From positions 11,087 through 70,931 of the forward strand of contig CAZPGN010000001.1 of assembly GCA_964586635.1 (NCBI GenBank): DNA of 59,845 nucleotides, read 5' to 3'. Source of the DNA: an uncultured Candidatus Saccharibacteria bacterium. Lineage in GTDB: Bacteria; Patescibacteriota; Minisyncoccia; Phycocordibacterales; CAZPGN01. Below the pieces are notes generated by a model. That model made no database searches. It was not told the DNA's origin and worked only from the letters and a program-made list of their open reading frames with translations. Both the position numbers and the translations under genes were made by a program. Below are positions 19,715 to 33,100 of this stretch, one piece after another (within the stretch, counting starts at the first letter, position 1; the number at the start of each line of letters is the position of its first letter).

Positions 19715-20797
19715 TCATATCCCCTCCTCGCGAAGTTCCTCGGCAAGTTTTCGAACTTTGCGAGAAAGATGTTGGGGGGTCGCGATATTGAGCCGAACGA
19801 AGAGGTCGCCTGTCTTGCCATTCAGCGGAACACCCTTCCCGCGCACGCGCAATGTCTCCCCATACGAAACGCCAGCAGGTATTTTAAGTGTGATGGATGA
19901 ACTGTCGAGAAGCGCCACAGGATACTCCGCGCCAAGAAGCGCATCACTCAACTTAATAGTGAGCTCCATCACAAGGTTCACCCCATCGCGCCTCCACTCG
20001 GAATGCGGTTCCACATGTATTTTGGCATAGAGATCGCCTGCCATGCCGCCTGGTATCGATTCCCCTCGGCCCGTTAGTCGTATCATTTCCCCATCTCCAA
20101 TACCGGCGGGCAAAGTAATTGCGATTTCCTCGCTTCTCTTCGCTACGCCATGGCCGCCGCATCTCTTGCAGGGCTTCTTGGGTATTTCTCCCTTGCCGAA
20201 GCATGTATCGCATGTTCGCTCCGTGGTGACATTGCCAAGGAGCGACCGCCGTGCCTCACGGAGTCTGCCCTTACCGCCACAGATGGTGCATTTTGTCATC
20301 GCAGAGTCAGCTTCCTTGCCACTCCCCTTGCATTCATCGCAGACACCAACCTTATTTATGAGAACGGTTCGTTTGGTGCCGTAAATCGAGTCTGCAAATG
20401 ATACCTGCAGATCTATAGAAATGTCTCTGCCTCGCGGTTGGCGTCGCGCTCTGCCCCCACCGAAGAACTCGCTGAATATATCCCCAAGATCAACATTTTG
20501 AAAATCCCCAGCGCCAGTAAAATCAAACCCGGAGAAATCAAAGCCGTTAAAGCCGCCGCCCGGCGGCGCACCAGCAGTATCGCCAAAGACACGGCCGTAT
20601 GTGTCATATTCAGCGCGTTTTTTATCATCCGATAGCACTTGATATGCCTCGTTCACTTCCTTGAAGCGTTGGTCGTCAGCCGATTCGTTTTTGTCGGGAT
20701 GGTATTTGTGCGCCATCTTTCGGAAGGCCTTTTTGATGTCATCCTTGGAGGAATTTCGCTCCACGCCAAGAATTTTGTAGTAATCCTTGTTATTCAT
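19715..20797 (-). CDS. dnaJ: Chaperone DnaJ (class A)
   Basis: J domain with HPD, G/F region, four CxxCxGxG repeats. Confidence 0.97.
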   Translation of the reverse strand: MNNKDYYKILGVERNSSKDDIKKAFRKMAHKYHPDKNESADDQRFKEVNEAYQVLSDDKKRAEYDTYGRVFGDTAGAPPGGGFNGFDFSGFDFTGAGDFQNVDLGDIFSEFFGGGRARRQPRGRDISIDLQVSFADSIYGTKRTVLINKVGVCDECKGSGKEADSAMTKCTICGGKGRLREARRSLLGNVTTERTCDTCFGKGEIPKKPCKRCGGHGVAKRSEEIAITLPAGIGDGEMIRLTGRGESIPGGMAGDLYAKIHVEPHSEWRRDGVNLVMELTIKLSDALLGAEYPVALLDSSSITLKIPAGVSYGETLRVRGKGVPLNGKTGDLFVRLNIATPQHLSRKVRKLAEELREEGI

Positions 20798-20820
20798 TGC
20801 AGAAGTATATCACGCGCTCT

Positions 20821-22731
20821 CTACGAGGCTGTCGCATTCGGATTGCTGGCGTCGTCCCCATTCTTTTTATCGTCGAACTCCGCATCTCGTACACCACCGT
20901 TGCCCTGCTGTTGTCCTTGCGACGCCGCCATCGCAGGGCCAATTTTTTGGATTTCCGTTGAGAGTCCCTCGGTAGCCCTTTGTATTACCTCCGCATCGGA
21001 GCCACCAAGAGCCTGTTTTAGGGCTGCGATTTTATCCTCTACAGACTTCCTCAACTCCGATGGTATTTTGTCGCCCGCTTCCTTAATCGATTTCTCTGCG
21101 GTATACGCAAGTGATTCGCCAATATTGCGCGCCTCGGCATGCTCTTTCTTTTTAGCATCTTCTGCGGCATGTAATTCGGCATCTTTCTTCATTTGTTCAA
21201 TATCGTCCTTCGTAAGGCTAGAGCGCGCCTCGATGCGTATTGATTGTTCCTTCCCGCTCGTTTTGTCCTTTGCCTTGACTGACAGTATGCCGTTCGCGTC
21301 TATATCGAAGCTCACCTCGACTTGAGGAACACCGCGCGACGCCGGCGGTATACCCTCGAGTGTGAATTTCCCGAGTGTTTTATTGTCGTGCGCCATTTGT
21401 CGTTCGCCCTGCACGACATGTATCTCAACAGCAGTCTGGTTGTCGGCTGCCGTTGAAAAGATTTGGGTTTTTGAGACGGGGATAGTCGTATTACGATCAA
21501 TGAGTCTGGTTGCGACACCACCCAGCGTTTCAAGTCCAAGCGAGAGCGGCGTAACGTCCAGAAGAAGAACATCCTTTACATCGCCTTGAAAGATACCGGC
21601 CTGTACGGAGGCACCGATTGCAACGACTTCGTCTGGGTTTATTGATTTATTTGGTTCTTTTCCGAATAAATTTCTTACTGCATCGACAATCGCTGGCATT
21701 CGCGTTTGCCCGCCGACCATGATGATTTCGTCAATGTCCGTCTTTTGAAATCCAGACGCCGCAACAGCGCGTTCGGTGATCAGAACAGAACGGTCAATAT
21801 ATTCACGCGCAATCTCCTCGAGTTTTGCGCGTGACATTTTTAACAAAAGGTGTTTTGGACCGCTTTGATCAGATGTTATGAACGGGATGTTTATTTCCGT
21901 TTCCACGGTAGTTGATAGTTCATGCTTCGCGCGTTCGGCCGAGTCCTTCAGGCGTTGTAGCGCGAGCGGGTCTTTCGTGATATCGACTGCTGAATCCTTC
22001 CTGAATTCGTCAGCTATCCATCGAATTATTTTCTGGTCTATGTCTTCTCCGCCCATGTGCGAATCACCGTCGGTGGCTTTCACCTCGATGCTCTGCTCCG
22101 TTCCGTCTCCAGAAATATCGAGTACCGACACATCGAATGTGCCACCGCCGAAATCGTATACAACTATTTGCTCGTTCTTTTTCTTATTAAAACCATACGC
22201 GAGCGCCGCTGCGGTCGGTTCATTGATAATGCGTCGAACGGTAAAGCCCGCAATTTCGCCGGCATCTTTAGTCGCCTTGCGCTGAGAATCATCGAAGTAT
22301 GCAGGCACTGTAATAACAGCCTCTGTAATCTTCTCGCCAATCTTCGCCTCCGCGTCGCTCTTTAGCTTCTGCAAAATTTTAGCTGAGATTTCTTCGGGAC
22401 GGTACTCCTTGCCACCCATTGCTACTTTTACGCCGCCGTCATCGGCTGCTTTGATTGAATACGGAACTGCTGACTTGTCTCGCTGAACTTCGGGCGCATC
22501 AAATCGATGTCCCATGAGTCGCTTCACGCCATAAATAGTGTTCTCGGCATTCGTAATTGCTTGACGTTTTGCAACAAGCCCGACGAGCTGTTCGCCGGTT
22601 TTTGATGCGGCAACGATAGACGGTGTTGTCCTCGCGCCTTCGCTATTCTCTATGATTCTCGGTTGTCCACCCTCAACGATCGCCATCGCCGAATTAGTAG
22701 TCCCGAGATCTATGCCTAATATTTTTGCCAT
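20821..22731 (-). CDS. dnaK: Chaperone DnaK
   Basis: [41 protein letters not shown]. Confidence 0.98.
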   Translation of the reverse strand: MAKILGIDLGTTNSAMAIVEGGQPRIIENSEGARTTPSIVAASKTGEQLVGLVAKRQAITNAENTIYGVKRLMGHRFDAPEVQRDKSAVPYSIKAADDGGVKVAMGGKEYRPEEISAKILQKLKSDAEAKIGEKITEAVITVPAYFDDSQRKATKDAGEIAGFTVRRIINEPTAAALAYGFNKKKNEQIVVYDFGGGTFDVSVLDISGDGTEQSIEVKATDGDSHMGGEDIDQKIIRWIADEFRKDSAVDITKDPLALQRLKDSAERAKHELSTTVETEINIPFITSDQSGPKHLLLKMSRAKLEEIAREYIDRSVLITERAVAASGFQKTDIDEIIMVGGQTRMPAIVDAVRNLFGKEPNKSINPDEVVAIGASVQAGIFQGDVKDVLLLDVTPLSLGLETLGGVATRLIDRNTTIPVSKTQIFSTAADNQTAVEIHVVQGERQMAHDNKTLGKFTLEGIPPASRGVPQVEVSFDIDANGILSVKAKDKTSGKEQSIRIEARSSLTKDDIEQMKKDAELHAAEDAKKKEHAEARNIGESLAYTAEKSIKEAGDKIPSELRKSVEDKIAALKQALGGSDAEVIQRATEGLSTEIQKIGPAMAASQGQQQGNGGVRDAEFDDKKNGDDASNPNATAS

Positions 22732-22740
22732 ACGATTGAA

Positions 22741-23310
22741 TTACGTTTTATTTTGCCGATAACTGCCGACCTTCACCTGCGCGGGGCGTATGACGCGATT
22801 CCCGCGCCTATATCCATCCTGAAGCACCTCGATCACCTGGTGGTCATTTTTCTCATCATCAACATCCACAACGGCCACAGCTTGATGAAAATTCGGATCG
22901 AATTGCTCGCCGCTCGGATTGAATTTCTCAACATGGTGCTTTGCAAGCATTGACGACAGTTGATTATATATCTGCTCTACCCCAACGCGCCAATGTGCCT
23001 CTATGTCCGCCCATCCATGGCCTGACATGGCCATGCTGAAACTGTCCAAAATTGGAACAAGGTCGTGGAAGCACTCGTCGCGTACAGTCTCCATTAATCG
23101 CTCACGAGATGATGATTCCTCCTTGCGCGCATTCACATAATCCGCCTGCGCCCGTTGCCACCCATCGAGATAATCCTTGCGTTGCACCTCGCATGCGCTA
23201 AGTTCATCGCGTAATTTCTTGATTTTAATCTGTGCGCCTTGTTCGGATTCAGTAGCATCCGTCGGCTCGATCTCAAAATCATTTTGTTCTGCCGTATTGT
23301 CCTCAACCAT
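22741..23310 (-). CDS. grpE: Nucleotide exchange factor GrpE
   Basis: RAQADYVN, FDPNFHQA, GYRRGNRVIRPAQV. Confidence 0.95.
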   Translation of the reverse strand: MVEDNTAEQNDFEIEPTDATESEQGAQIKIKKLRDELSACEVQRKDYLDGWQRAQADYVNARKEESSSRERLMETVRDECFHDLVPILDSFSMAMSGHGWADIEAHWRVGVEQIYNQLSSMLAKHHVEKFNPSGEQFDPNFHQAVAVVDVDDEKNDHQVIEVLQDGYRRGNRVIRPAQVKVGSYRQNKT

Positions 23311-23378
23311 AGTACACGCATTATATCACTTATTCTCAATTGCGCAAGGCCTCTCTCATAATCGAGAACACCTCACCG

Positions 23379-24683
23379 CTAGTAATTCATGAGTTTCTTG
23401 GCCTTGTCGTGAAGCCGAATTTTCTCATGTGCTTTCGCTTCAATTTGACGGATGCGCTCGCGAGTAACCCCGAACTCCTTCCCCACCTCTTCAAGCGTGT
23501 GCATAATACCATCAGTTAGTCCATGACGCATTTCTAGTATACGGCGCTCTTTTGGCGTGAGGTCATTGAGGATTTCCTTAATTTGGTCGGCAAGTATTCG
23601 CTGTGCCGATTGTTGATCTGGGGAGAGCAATTTGTCATCTGGTATAAACTCTCCCAGCGTCGACCGATCATCCTCGTCTCCGATCGGCCGTTCAAGACTT
23701 ACAGTATTTTGGTCAATTTTTTCTATAGTATGAATCTTTTCGACATCAACGCCCATTTCGGTTGCTATCTCCTCTGGAAGCGGTTCGCGGCCGAGGTCTT
23801 GCGAGAGACGGCGCACAACTTGCTTGTATTTGGCAATCGTTTCTACCATATGCACCGGTATTCGGATGGTGCGCGACTGGTCTGCGATCGCGCGCGTTAC
23901 CGCCTGTCGTATCCACCAAGTGGCATAGGTCGAGAATTTGTAGCCTTTTGTCCAGTCAAATTTTTCGACCGCCTTGAACAATCCGAGATTTCCCTCCTGA
24001 ATTAGGTCAAGTAGCGTGAGATCACTCGAGCGCCCGACATACTTTTTCGCGATGGATACGACAAGGCGGAGGTTCGCCTTTATAAGAATATTCGCCGCCT
24101 CGCGGTCGCCTAACTCAATGCGCTTTGCAAGTTCGCGCTCGTCTGCGGCAGAGATAAGTTTGTAATTGCCGATCTCTTTTAAGTACATTTGAACCGAGTC
24201 GAGCTGGGTGCTTTCCGACACGCGACCACTCGTTGGGAGTAGGTCATCAGAACCGGTCTCGAGGAGCTTCCCACCTTCAAGAACATCTATTCCAGCCGCT
24301 CCGAACCGTTCATACAACTCATCGAGAAACAGCACATCGTCCTCAATATCAGGGAATTCTTTCAGTATCTCATTGTAGGTAACGAACCCGCGGTGCTTTC
24401 CTCGCGCAAGAAGAACATCAGCGCGTTGTTCGCGGACTTGCTTTGACAGTTTCTTTCTGCGAGCTGGCAATTTCCTTTTTTTGGCGGGAGATTTGCTGGA
24501 TTGAGGACTTGAACGTATCCGTGAATCGCTTCGCTTCGCAACGGCTCGCATTGTGGCCTTTTTTCCGGCAGGCTTGTGTTTCGCGCGTATTTTTATTCGT
24601 GGCGCGACCTTGCGTGCCCCGCGCGCAGTACGAGCCGTTCGAGCCGCTGACCTTTTTCTTTGTGTTGTTGTTTTTACCGGCAT
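23379..24683 (-). CDS. rpoD: Primary sigma factor RpoD with a basic N-terminal extension
   Basis: [48 protein letters not shown]. Confidence 0.96.
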   Translation of the reverse strand: MPVKTTTQRKRSAARTARTARGARKVAPRIKIRAKHKPAGKKATMRAVAKRSDSRIRSSPQSSKSPAKKRKLPARRKKLSKQVREQRADVLLARGKHRGFVTYNEILKEFPDIEDDVLFLDELYERFGAAGIDVLEGGKLLETGSDDLLPTSGRVSESTQLDSVQMYLKEIGNYKLISAADERELAKRIELGDREAANILIKANLRLVVSIAKKYVGRSSDLTLLDLIQEGNLGLFKAVEKFDWTKGYKFSTYATWWIRQAVTRAIADQSRTIRIPVHMVETIAKYKQVVRRLSQDLGREPLPEEIATEMGVDVEKIHTIEKIDQNTVSLERPIGDEDDRSTLGEFIPDDKLLSPDQQSAQRILADQIKEILNDLTPKERRILEMRHGLTDGIMHTLEEVGKEFGVTRERIRQIEAKAHEKIRLHDKAKKLMNY

Positions 24684-24695
24684 ACGAGTATCTGA

Positions 24696-26429
24696 TTACA
24701 TTAATTCATTGTCGCGCAAGGTACTGTGCGCTAGTTTTTGGTTAAGGTCATTACAGCGACTGACTGCTTCTCGGACCGCCTGCGGGTCACCGCTTGACTC
24801 TATCTGCCGCAACGAACGCACTGCGGCATTGAGCTCCTGCTTGATAACCTCATGGCGCAGGTGCTCAAGCAACTGCTCAATTTCCACATTGGGCGGGCTC
24901 TTTCCAAAATACATTTCTGCCTCGAACAGAAGTGCTTCGCGTTCATCTATGCACTTCGACATGGCGGCATGCCATGTCGCCGACCCTACGATCGTCTCCG
25001 CAATACCTGCAAGGCCTTCGTCTTTTGTCCACCAAAATATACCTAACAGACGGCGTAGAAGGATCTCCATCCGAGTTTTTTCTCGAGAATTCAGCGTCTC
25101 GCTACTGCGCTGTGCGGAGGTTGCTCGTGCAGATGAGTCTTTTGCTGTCCGCATTATCTGTTCGCAGTCCTTCCAGAGCGGCTCCTCCGGAAGGCCCAAC
25201 GCAGTAGAGATCCTGCCAATAAAATGCGCTCGTTCCGTTGCTTTTTCAAGAAGCGCGACAAATGGCAGGATGCTTTCCGTTGCCTTGACGGCCTGCCTAT
25301 GTCGATCTCCGCCCTCGTCTATAAGGAGACCGAGAAAGTAGTCAATAATATGCTCGGCATTCCGAACAATACGATGCCACTCATTTGGGTCTTTGCGAGC
25401 GAGGTCAGCAGGGTCACTCCCTTGAGGCAATCGAACCGCCCGCGAGTCAATCCCGCGGGCAAGCATAAGCTCGATCGCGCGCTTCGAGGCACGAATGCCT
25501 GCGTCATCGCCGTCAAATGCCGTAATTATGGTATTAGCGAATCTTGCAACTAGCTCAATATGAGATTCAGTGAGCGCAGTTCCTGACACAGCGACCGCAT
25601 TGGTTATACCGACTTTATGTGAGAGAACGACATCAAATTGTCCCTCTACGAATACTGCTGTACCGAGTTGCCTTATGGATGTCTTAGCAAGATCAAATCC
25701 AAACAAAGCCCGCGACTTGTCATATATCGGCGAATCAGGACTGTTGATGTACTTCCCCGGGACCTGACCTATTCGCCGATTCTCATCCGATGCCTCGTCT
25801 CCGAACATTCGTCCCGAAAATGCTATAGGGTGTCCGTGCGTGTCGTTAATGGGGAACATTATCCGATTGCGGAATCGATCGTATGTTCTTCCCTTTGATG
25901 TCGCCGATACTCCGACCCGAACTAGGTCCTCGGGTTTGTGCTTCTTAACGAGCGAGTCATACAAGGAGCGCCACTCGGCCGGCGCGTATCCGATACCGAA
26001 ACGCTCTATCGCCTCGGAGTCGACGCCGCGCGTATTGAGATACATGAGAGCGCCCTGGTTACTAGTCAGGCGTTCGCGGTAGAACAGAACGGCATCCCGC
26101 AATATCGCGCGATATCGCATGCGCTCATCATCGCCGTGCTCGAATGTCTCCATGACGGACACGCCGGCGCGGTCAGCAAGAATACGAAGGGCATCCTTGA
26201 ATTGAACGCCCTCAAGTTCCTGCACAAAGGTGAAAATATCACCTCCGCGGGCACATCCAAAGCAGTAATAACTGTCACGCGAGGGCGAAACGAAGAATGA
26301 GGGCGTTTTCTCGTTATGGAATGGGCACCTTGCCTTGAAATTAACCCCCGCCTTCTCCAGTTTTATGTATGTTCCTACTACCGCCTCAATGCCCAGCCGG
26401 CTTTTAATTTGCTCGACTGTTGACGACAT
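24696..26429 (-). CDS. dnaG: DNA primase
   Basis: CPFHNEKTPSF...CFGC zinc finger, KYINSP, EGQFD TOPRIM, DGDDAG. Confidence 0.96.
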   Translation of the reverse strand: MSSTVEQIKSRLGIEAVVGTYIKLEKAGVNFKARCPFHNEKTPSFFVSPSRDSYYCFGCARGGDIFTFVQELEGVQFKDALRILADRAGVSVMETFEHGDDERMRYRAILRDAVLFYRERLTSNQGALMYLNTRGVDSEAIERFGIGYAPAEWRSLYDSLVKKHKPEDLVRVGVSATSKGRTYDRFRNRIMFPINDTHGHPIAFSGRMFGDEASDENRRIGQVPGKYINSPDSPIYDKSRALFGFDLAKTSIRQLGTAVFVEGQFDVVLSHKVGITNAVAVSGTALTESHIELVARFANTIITAFDGDDAGIRASKRAIELMLARGIDSRAVRLPQGSDPADLARKDPNEWHRIVRNAEHIIDYFLGLLIDEGGDRHRQAVKATESILPFVALLEKATERAHFIGRISTALGLPEEPLWKDCEQIMRTAKDSSARATSAQRSSETLNSREKTRMEILLRRLLGIFWWTKDEGLAGIAETIVGSATWHAAMSKCIDEREALLFEAEMYFGKSPPNVEIEQLLEHLRHEVIKQELNAAVRSLRQIESSGDPQAVREAVSRCNDLNQKLAHSTLRDNELM

Positions 26430-26438
26430 GGCTATGAA

Positions 26439-29400
26439 TTATATCCTAATGGACGACTCATTGTCTGCTTGTGTAGGGTCTATAGTTTCAGTTTTATCAC
26501 GCACGGAGCGTTCTGCATGATAACCAGTTCCAACGGGAACAAGCTTACCGACTATTACATTTTCCTTCACGCCTCGAAGTCGGTCAGTCTTTCCCGCGAT
26601 TGACGCATCGATGAGCACGCGTGTTGTGTTTAGGAAGGACGCCGCAGATAGCCAGCTAGATGTGTTCAGAGCGACTTCGGTAATGCCAAGAACAAGTGCC
26701 TCTACTGTCGCACTCTCTTCTCCGCGTGACTGTGCGGCGGCGTTTTCGATTTCAAGTTCCCCTGCGTCGACGACCTCTCCAACGATATATCGCGTGCCGC
26801 CCTGCGATGTTATCTTTCGCCGTGAGAACATTTGGCGAACGATGACCTCCACATGCTTTGGAGACACTGCCTCTCCCTGCAGGGAGTACACGGCAATGAT
26901 CTCCCGTATAATGTAGTTCTCGGCAGCTTCTTTGCCGCCATATTTGAATAGCTCGGAAATATCTACAGCGCCATCAGTAAGTATGTCCCCCTTCTTCACG
27001 CGGGCGCCGCGATCAACGAGTATAGTCCGATTTGGTAAAACTGGATATGTGATCGATTCTTGTTTTGCCTTCTTGCCTCCCTCGCCGAGGATTACGATGC
27101 GCTTTTCCTTGCGGTCTCGGCTAATCTCAATTACCTCGCCGTCATCGTGCGCGATAACTGCTGGATTTGCGGGTGAGCGACGCTCAAAGATTTCATCTAC
27201 GCGCGGGAGACCCATAGTTATATCTCCTTCCGCTGAAGCAATGCCTCCGGCATGGAATGTGCGCATGGTAAGCTGTGTGCCAGGTTCGCCGATTGCTTGG
27301 GCCGCTACGATGCCTACGGCTTCACCGAGAGATACAATTTGGTTGCGGCCGAGATCGTAACCATAGCATTTCTGACAGATACCGCGTGTCGCAAGACATG
27401 AAAGCGGAGAACGAGCGTACACTTCCTCTATGCCGCTTGCGCCGACAAGCGATGCATCTTCCTTGCTAAGCAAGTAACCCGCCTTGAAAATCGTTTCGCC
27501 GCTCTCTGCTGTGATCGTCTTGGCGAGTATTCTTCCGCGAATTGAGTTTGCAATATTCGTTTCTAGGCCGAAAGCGTTTTTCTTGGAATAGCGTCTGCCC
27601 TTCGTGTCCTTGCAATCTTCGAGCAGAATAACGCTCTCCTGCGCAACATCAACGAGTCGGCGCGTTAAGTATCCTGACTTAGCCGTATTGAGCGCGGTGT
27701 CAGATTGCCCCTTACGCGAACCGTGAGTTGTAATGAAATATTCAAGAGGAGAAAGACCTTCAATGTATGACGAGATGATCGGAAGTTCGTTGATACGCCC
27801 AGTAGGTCCTTGAATGAGACCTTTCATGCCGGTCATTTGGTTTAACTGTCCGAGAGTGCCACGCGCTTTGGATGTGATGATATCGACGATCGCTCCGTTT
27901 TTTTCGACCGCTGTAAGAAGATTGTCCTCAATGATATCCTTCACTCCCTGCCAGACTTCGATAAGCATGCGATAGCGTTCGTCGTCGGAGATATATCCCT
28001 CCGCATACTTTTCATCAATCGTCGCCGCGTCTGCCTTAGCCCTTGAAACAGTTTCCAATTTTATTGGTGGAGTGATAAAATCCGACAACCCCAGACTAAT
28101 GCCGCTCGCCATTGCATAGCGATATCCAAGATCCTTAATTTTATCCAGAATGGACGGTGTTTCGTTTGTCCCATACCTTGAGATAAGTTGCTCCATTATC
28201 AGACCGATCTCCTTCGAGGTCACGTCTCGATTTATGAATGGAAAATCGCTCGGCAGAACACTGTTGAAGAGAAGGCGGCCTACGGTTGTTTCGAATACCG
28301 AACCCGCGAACTCTCTATACTTTGGAGTGTCCGACGCCTTCAGCTTGATGGGTGCGCGAAAATCAATGCGCCCTAGATCGTGCGCCAGTATTGCACTGTT
28401 GGTGCTCGCAAACAACTCGCCCTCGCCGATAGTTCCTGGCGCGAGCTTCGTCATCCAATAGCATCCAAGTATCATATCCTGACGCGGCGTGACGATGGGA
28501 TCACCGCTTCCAGGACGCAATAAGTTTTTGTTTGATGCCATAAGCTCACGCGCCTCTCGCTGTGCTTCGGGGGTGAGCGGAACATGCACCGCCATCTGGT
28601 CGCCATCGAAGTCGGCATTGAACGCGGTGCATACGAGTGGATGCAGCTGGATTGCGTTACCCTCGATCAATATCGGCTGAAATGCTTGGATGCCAAGACG
28701 GTGAAGCGTGGGTGCGCGATTCAGCAGTACATATTTATCCTTAATGACCTCCTCGAGAATCGCCCAGACTTCCGGCGCCCCTTCCTCTATAAGGCGACCT
28801 GCTCCGCGGATATTGTAGGCAAGCTCTCCCGCGAGAATCTTTGAGATCACGAACGGACGAAATAATTCAAGGGCCATATGTTTCGGCAGTCCGCACTGAT
28901 GTAGTTTGAGTTCGGGACCGACGACGATAACACTGCGACCAGAATAGTCTACGCGCTTGCCGAGAAGGTTGCCGCGGAAGCGCCCTTGCTTACCTTTTAG
29001 CATATCGGCGAGGCTTTTGAGTGGGCGGCGTCCACCTTGACTTGTTGCAACTGCGCCCTGTGTGCCATATCGTATCGAATTGTCTATAAGGGCATCGACC
29101 GCCTCCTGCAAAATACGCTTCTCGTTACGCTGGATGACTTCAGGCGCGCCAATGTCTTTCAATTTCTTTAAGCGATTATTGCGATTGATGACGCGACGAT
29201 ATAGATCGTTGATATCACTGGTGGCATGTCGTCCCCCATCGAGCGCCACCATTGGGCGAAGCGCTGGCGGTGTCACGGGCACGACAGTGAGAAACATCCA
29301 CTCGGGACGGCTTCCAGCTCTAAGGAGCGAGCGCGCAAGATTAAGGCGCTTTCGGATGCGAATGCGTTCGGCGGCGGGCGCATGTTCCAATTCGCGCTCG

Positions 29401-30107
29401 AGCTCATCCGCGAGCTTACCAAGATCAAGCGAGGCGCATATTTTGTAAACAGCCTCTGCGCCGATCTCTGCGTCGAACATTCCGCCATAACGCAATGATG
29501 CGCCATGATATGTCGGCTCATCGATAACGCGACCGACTCTAATAGACTCTATCTCTTTTTTGAGATCGTTCATCGACTGCTTGATTTTCTCGCGCTGGGA
29601 TTCGCTCTCGATGGTCTTCACTTTTGCCCGATATTCCGCATCCAAATCTTTAAGGATGCGGTTCCGTTCGTTTTCATTGACATGCGTAATAAGGTAGCCG
29701 GCAAAATACACGACTCGCTCCAGATCGGAGAGTGTCATGCCAAGCAGGTTGCCAATGCGCGACGAACCACCTCCGCGCAAGAACCAAATATGTGCGACAG
29801 GCGAGGCTAGCTCTATGTGGCCCATTCGTTCACGGCGAACTATTGAACGAGTAACTTCTACGCCGCATTTCTCGCAGATAATGTCTTTGTAACGAATGCG
29901 CCGATATTTGCCGCAGTAACATTCATAGTCTTTTTCTGGACCGAAGATTCGCTCGTCAAAAAGTCCCGCTCGTTCGCTACGCTGTGTGCGATAATTTATG
30001 GTCTCCGGCTTCGTCACTTCACCGAATGACCACTCGCGAATTCGTTCCGGAGACGCGATTTTTATCGAAATCGCCTTGAAATGGTCCTTTGGATTAGCGT
30101 ATTGCAT
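26439..30107 (-). CDS. rpoC: RNA polymerase beta-prime
   Basis: [33 protein letters not shown]. Confidence 0.98.
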   Translation of the reverse strand: MQYANPKDHFKAISIKIASPERIREWSFGEVTKPETINYRTQRSERAGLFDERIFGPEKDYECYCGKYRRIRYKDIICEKCGVEVTRSIVRRERMGHIELASPVAHIWFLRGGGSSRIGNLLGMTLSDLERVVYFAGYLITHVNENERNRILKDLDAEYRAKVKTIESESQREKIKQSMNDLKKEIESIRVGRVIDEPTYHGASLRYGGMFDAEIGAEAVYKICASLDLGKLADELERELEHAPAAERIRIRKRLNLARSLLRAGSRPEWMFLTVVPVTPPALRPMVALDGGRHATSDINDLYRRVINRNNRLKKLKDIGAPEVIQRNEKRILQEAVDALIDNSIRYGTQGAVATSQGGRRPLKSLADMLKGKQGRFRGNLLGKRVDYSGRSVIVVGPELKLHQCGLPKHMALELFRPFVISKILAGELAYNIRGAGRLIEEGAPEVWAILEEVIKDKYVLLNRAPTLHRLGIQAFQPILIEGNAIQLHPLVCTAFNADFDGDQMAVHVPLTPEAQREARELMASNKNLLRPGSGDPIVTPRQDMILGCYWMTKLAPGTIGEGELFASTNSAILAHDLGRIDFRAPIKLKASDTPKYREFAGSVFETTVGRLLFNSVLPSDFPFINRDVTSKEIGLIMEQLISRYGTNETPSILDKIKDLGYRYAMASGISLGLSDFITPPIKLETVSRAKADAATIDEKYAEGYISDDERYRMLIEVWQGVKDIIEDNLLTAVEKNGAIVDIITSKARGTLGQLNQMTGMKGLIQGPTGRINELPIISSYIEGLSPLEYFITTHGSRKGQSDTALNTAKSGYLTRRLVDVAQESVILLEDCKDTKGRRYSKKNAFGLETNIANSIRGRILAKTITAESGETIFKAGYLLSKEDASLVGASGIEEVYARSPLSCLATRGICQKCYGYDLGRNQIVSLGEAVGIVAAQAIGEPGTQLTMRTFHAGGIASAEGDITMGLPRVDEIFERRSPANPAVIAHDDGEVIEISRDRKEKRIVILGEGGKKAKQESITYPVLPNRTILVDRGARVKKGDILTDGAVDISELFKYGGKEAAENYIIREIIAVYSLQGEAVSPKHVEVIVRQMFSRRKITSQGGTRYIVGEVVDAGELEIENAAAQSRGEESATVEALVLGITEVALNTSSWLSAASFLNTTRVLIDASIAGKTDRLRGVKENVIVGKLVPVGTGYHAERSVRDKTETIDPTQADNESSIRI

Positions 30108-30109
30108 GG

Positions 30110-33100
30110 TTATTCGTAGATAAGGTTGATATCGAGCGCGAGACCCTTGAGTTCTGACACAAGCACATTAAAGGATTCTGGCAAGTTCGGTTCGGGAAGC
30201 TCGCTGTTTTTTACGATCGCGTCAAACGCCGCCGCGCGGCCGCGAATGTCGTCCGATTTTATGGTAAGAACTTCACGAAGAGTATGCGATGCGCCATATC
30301 CCTCAAGCGCCCAGACCTCCATCTCTCCGAACCGTTGACCGCCTCCCTGTGCCTTGCCTCCGAGAGGTTGCTGTGTAATGAGCGAATATGGACCAATCGA
30401 GCGCATGTGAATCTTGTCTTCGACCATGTGGTGCAGCTTCAGAATATACATATATCCGATGGCGATGTCTTGCGCGAACTTATCGCCCGTCCGACCATCG
30501 TAAAGAGGAACCTTGCCCGAACGCGGGTATCCTGCGCGCAAAAGCTCGCTGTGTATCTCCGTTGCCGTTGCTCCCATGAATGAAGGAACGATTGCCTGAT
30601 AGCCGAGTGTGTGCGCCGCAAGCCCAAGGTGCATTTCAAGTATTTGTCCAAGATTCATGCGGCTCGGCACGCCAAGTGGCGTTAGGATAACATCGATCGG
30701 AGTCCCATCCGCGAGATAGGGCATATCCTCTTCCGGAAGAATGCGCGAGATAATGCCCTTGTTTCCATGACGCCCCGCTAACTTGTCGCCGACCGAAATA
30801 TTGCGGACTTGCGCAACTTCTACATAGACCTTTTTTATAATTCCCGATTCGAGCCTGTCGCCGCGATCGCGCGAAAATACCTTTATGCCGACAACGCGGC
30901 CTTTCTTGCCATGCTCCATGCGGAGCGATGTATCCTTAACATCGCGAGACTTCTCGCCGAAGATGGAACGGAGAAGCCTCTCCTCTGGCGTGAGCTCCGT
31001 TTCGCCCTTTGGCGTGATTTTGCCGACGAGAATGTCATTCGGGTGCACCTCCGCGCCTATACGAATGATACCGTCCTCGTCCAAATCCTTGAGTTTCGAC
31101 TCGCCAACATTTGGAATATCGTGAGTTGTTATTTCCGGACCAAGCTTCGTGTCGCGAACATTCACCGAAAATTCTTCTATGTGTATGCTTGTAAATTTGC
31201 TCTTTTTCACGAGGCGCTCCGAGAGAATGATGGCATCCTCGTAATTTGCTCCGCCCCACGACATGAATGCCACAAGCGCATTCTGGCCCAGCGCGACTTG
31301 GCCATGTTCGGATGTCGATGCGTCTGCAAGCAAGTCGCCCTTTTTAACTTTCTGTCCGATCGATACAACAGGACGCTGGTGAAATGCAGTGAACTGATTG
31401 GTTCGAGAAAAATTGACGAGGCTATATGACTCCGTCTTTCCTTTACCGGAAACCTCTATCTGGCGGGCATCAACCTTCGAAATTTCTCCATCGATGCCAC
31501 TGTATATTAATCGTCCACTGTATTTTGCCGCGGCTGATTCTATTCCAGTCGCAACTACCGGCGCTTCGGGCACAATGCAAGGGGTTGCCTGTTTTTGCAT
31601 GTTCGAACCCATTGCGGCGCGCGTTGCGTCATCGTGCTCAAGGAATGGGATCATGCATGCGGCGAGCGAGTATGCTTGGTTGGTCGCCACATCTATGTAC
31701 TGTATCCGATCACGAGAAACGAATTCCGGTTTAGTCTTCACGCGAGCTTCGACTTCAGTATCGAGCAGTATCCCATCGTCTCCATAGCGGACTCCGGCGT
31801 GTGCTATCACGGCGTTCTCTTCTTCGAGCGCGTTCAAATAGGCGATCTCGTCGGTGATCCTACCATCAACAACCTTCCTGTATGGGGTTTCAATCACTCC
31901 AAACTCATTAAGGCGGGCGTATGCCGCGAGATGCAGAATCAATCCGATATTCGGGCCTTCAGGTGTTTGAATTGGACACACGCGACCATAATGGGAAGTA
32001 TGCACATCGCGAACTTCAAAACCGGCACGCTCGCGCGTGAGACCCCCGGGACCTAGAGCTGAAAGACGACGCAGATGTTCAAGCTCCGCGATTATATTCT
32101 CTTGACCCATGAACTGTGACAGCTGGTTGGTCGTGAAAAATTCCTTGAGACGGGCCTGAAGCGGTCGAGGACTTATGAGCTGTGTGGGGAGCGTGATATC
32201 CGTGTCGACAGTTGACATCCTATCCTGAATATACCGCTTCATTTGGGTCAGTCCCAGACGTATCTTGAGTTGCAACAACTCACCCACTCCGCGCACGCGA
32301 CGCACACCAAGGTGGTCAATGTCATCCTCCTTCGCATCGGGGGTGTTGTTGAGAGATATCATGTGCTTTACAATGAGAACAAGATCGTTAAACGACATTG
32401 TGCGTCGTGCCATTTCATTCTCCCCCATATCAAGCGAAAAACGATCATTGAAGCGATACCGACCGACAAGGGACAAGTCATAACGCTCTTTTCCAAGGAT
32501 GCCCGTAATGAATTCGCGAGCATTCGAAGCATTAGCAAGATCGTTATCCCGTATCTTTTTGTAAATTTCTAGATATGATTCGTCGACGGTGCGCGCCGAG
32601 TCCTTTTCAAATGAGTGTTTGATGGACGCAATTCGTTCTCCTAGGGAATCGAATGCGTCAAAGATTTCCGAATCGCCCTTTCCCTCGATATCGGCGAGCA
32701 CGCGCAATAGTGAGGCGACGGAGAATTTTCGACGACGATCTATACGCACATAAATAGCGCCATCCGCCTCCGTTTCGAATTCAACCCACACGCCGCGTAC
32801 TGGGATAATCTTCGCGCCAAAGAGGAGCTTGCCCTTTACTTCATTGGTTGTGAAGAATACACCGAAGCTTCTTGCGAGCTGGGGAACAACGATACGCTCA
32901 TTGCCATTGACAACAAATGTGCCGTGCGGCGTCATCATTGGGAAGTCTGCGAGAAATATTTCCTGCTCCTTGCTCTCGCCGAGTATTTTGTTGGTGAGAC
33001 GAATAGTTGCCTTAAGCTGACCGTCAAGTGAGAGCTTGTTCGCTTTTGCATAATGCTCGTTAAACTTGGGTTCCTTCAATTCGAGATTTACGAATTCAAG

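Noticed and set aside
20639-21325. Long plus-strand ORFs opposite core genes (also 24553-25341, 30809-31429, 41287-41916)
   Set aside because: Antisense shadows of dnaK, dnaG/rpoD, rpoB and uvrB with no recognisable motifs.
22400-22560. DnaK carries the N-terminal insert usually associated with diderm bacteria
   Set aside because: A known phylogenetic indel, not a new function.
23311-23378. CIRCE/HrcA control of grpE-dnaK-dnaJ
   Set aside because: No TTAGCACTC-N9-GAGTGCTAA and no hrcA in the window; only a sigma70-like extended -10.
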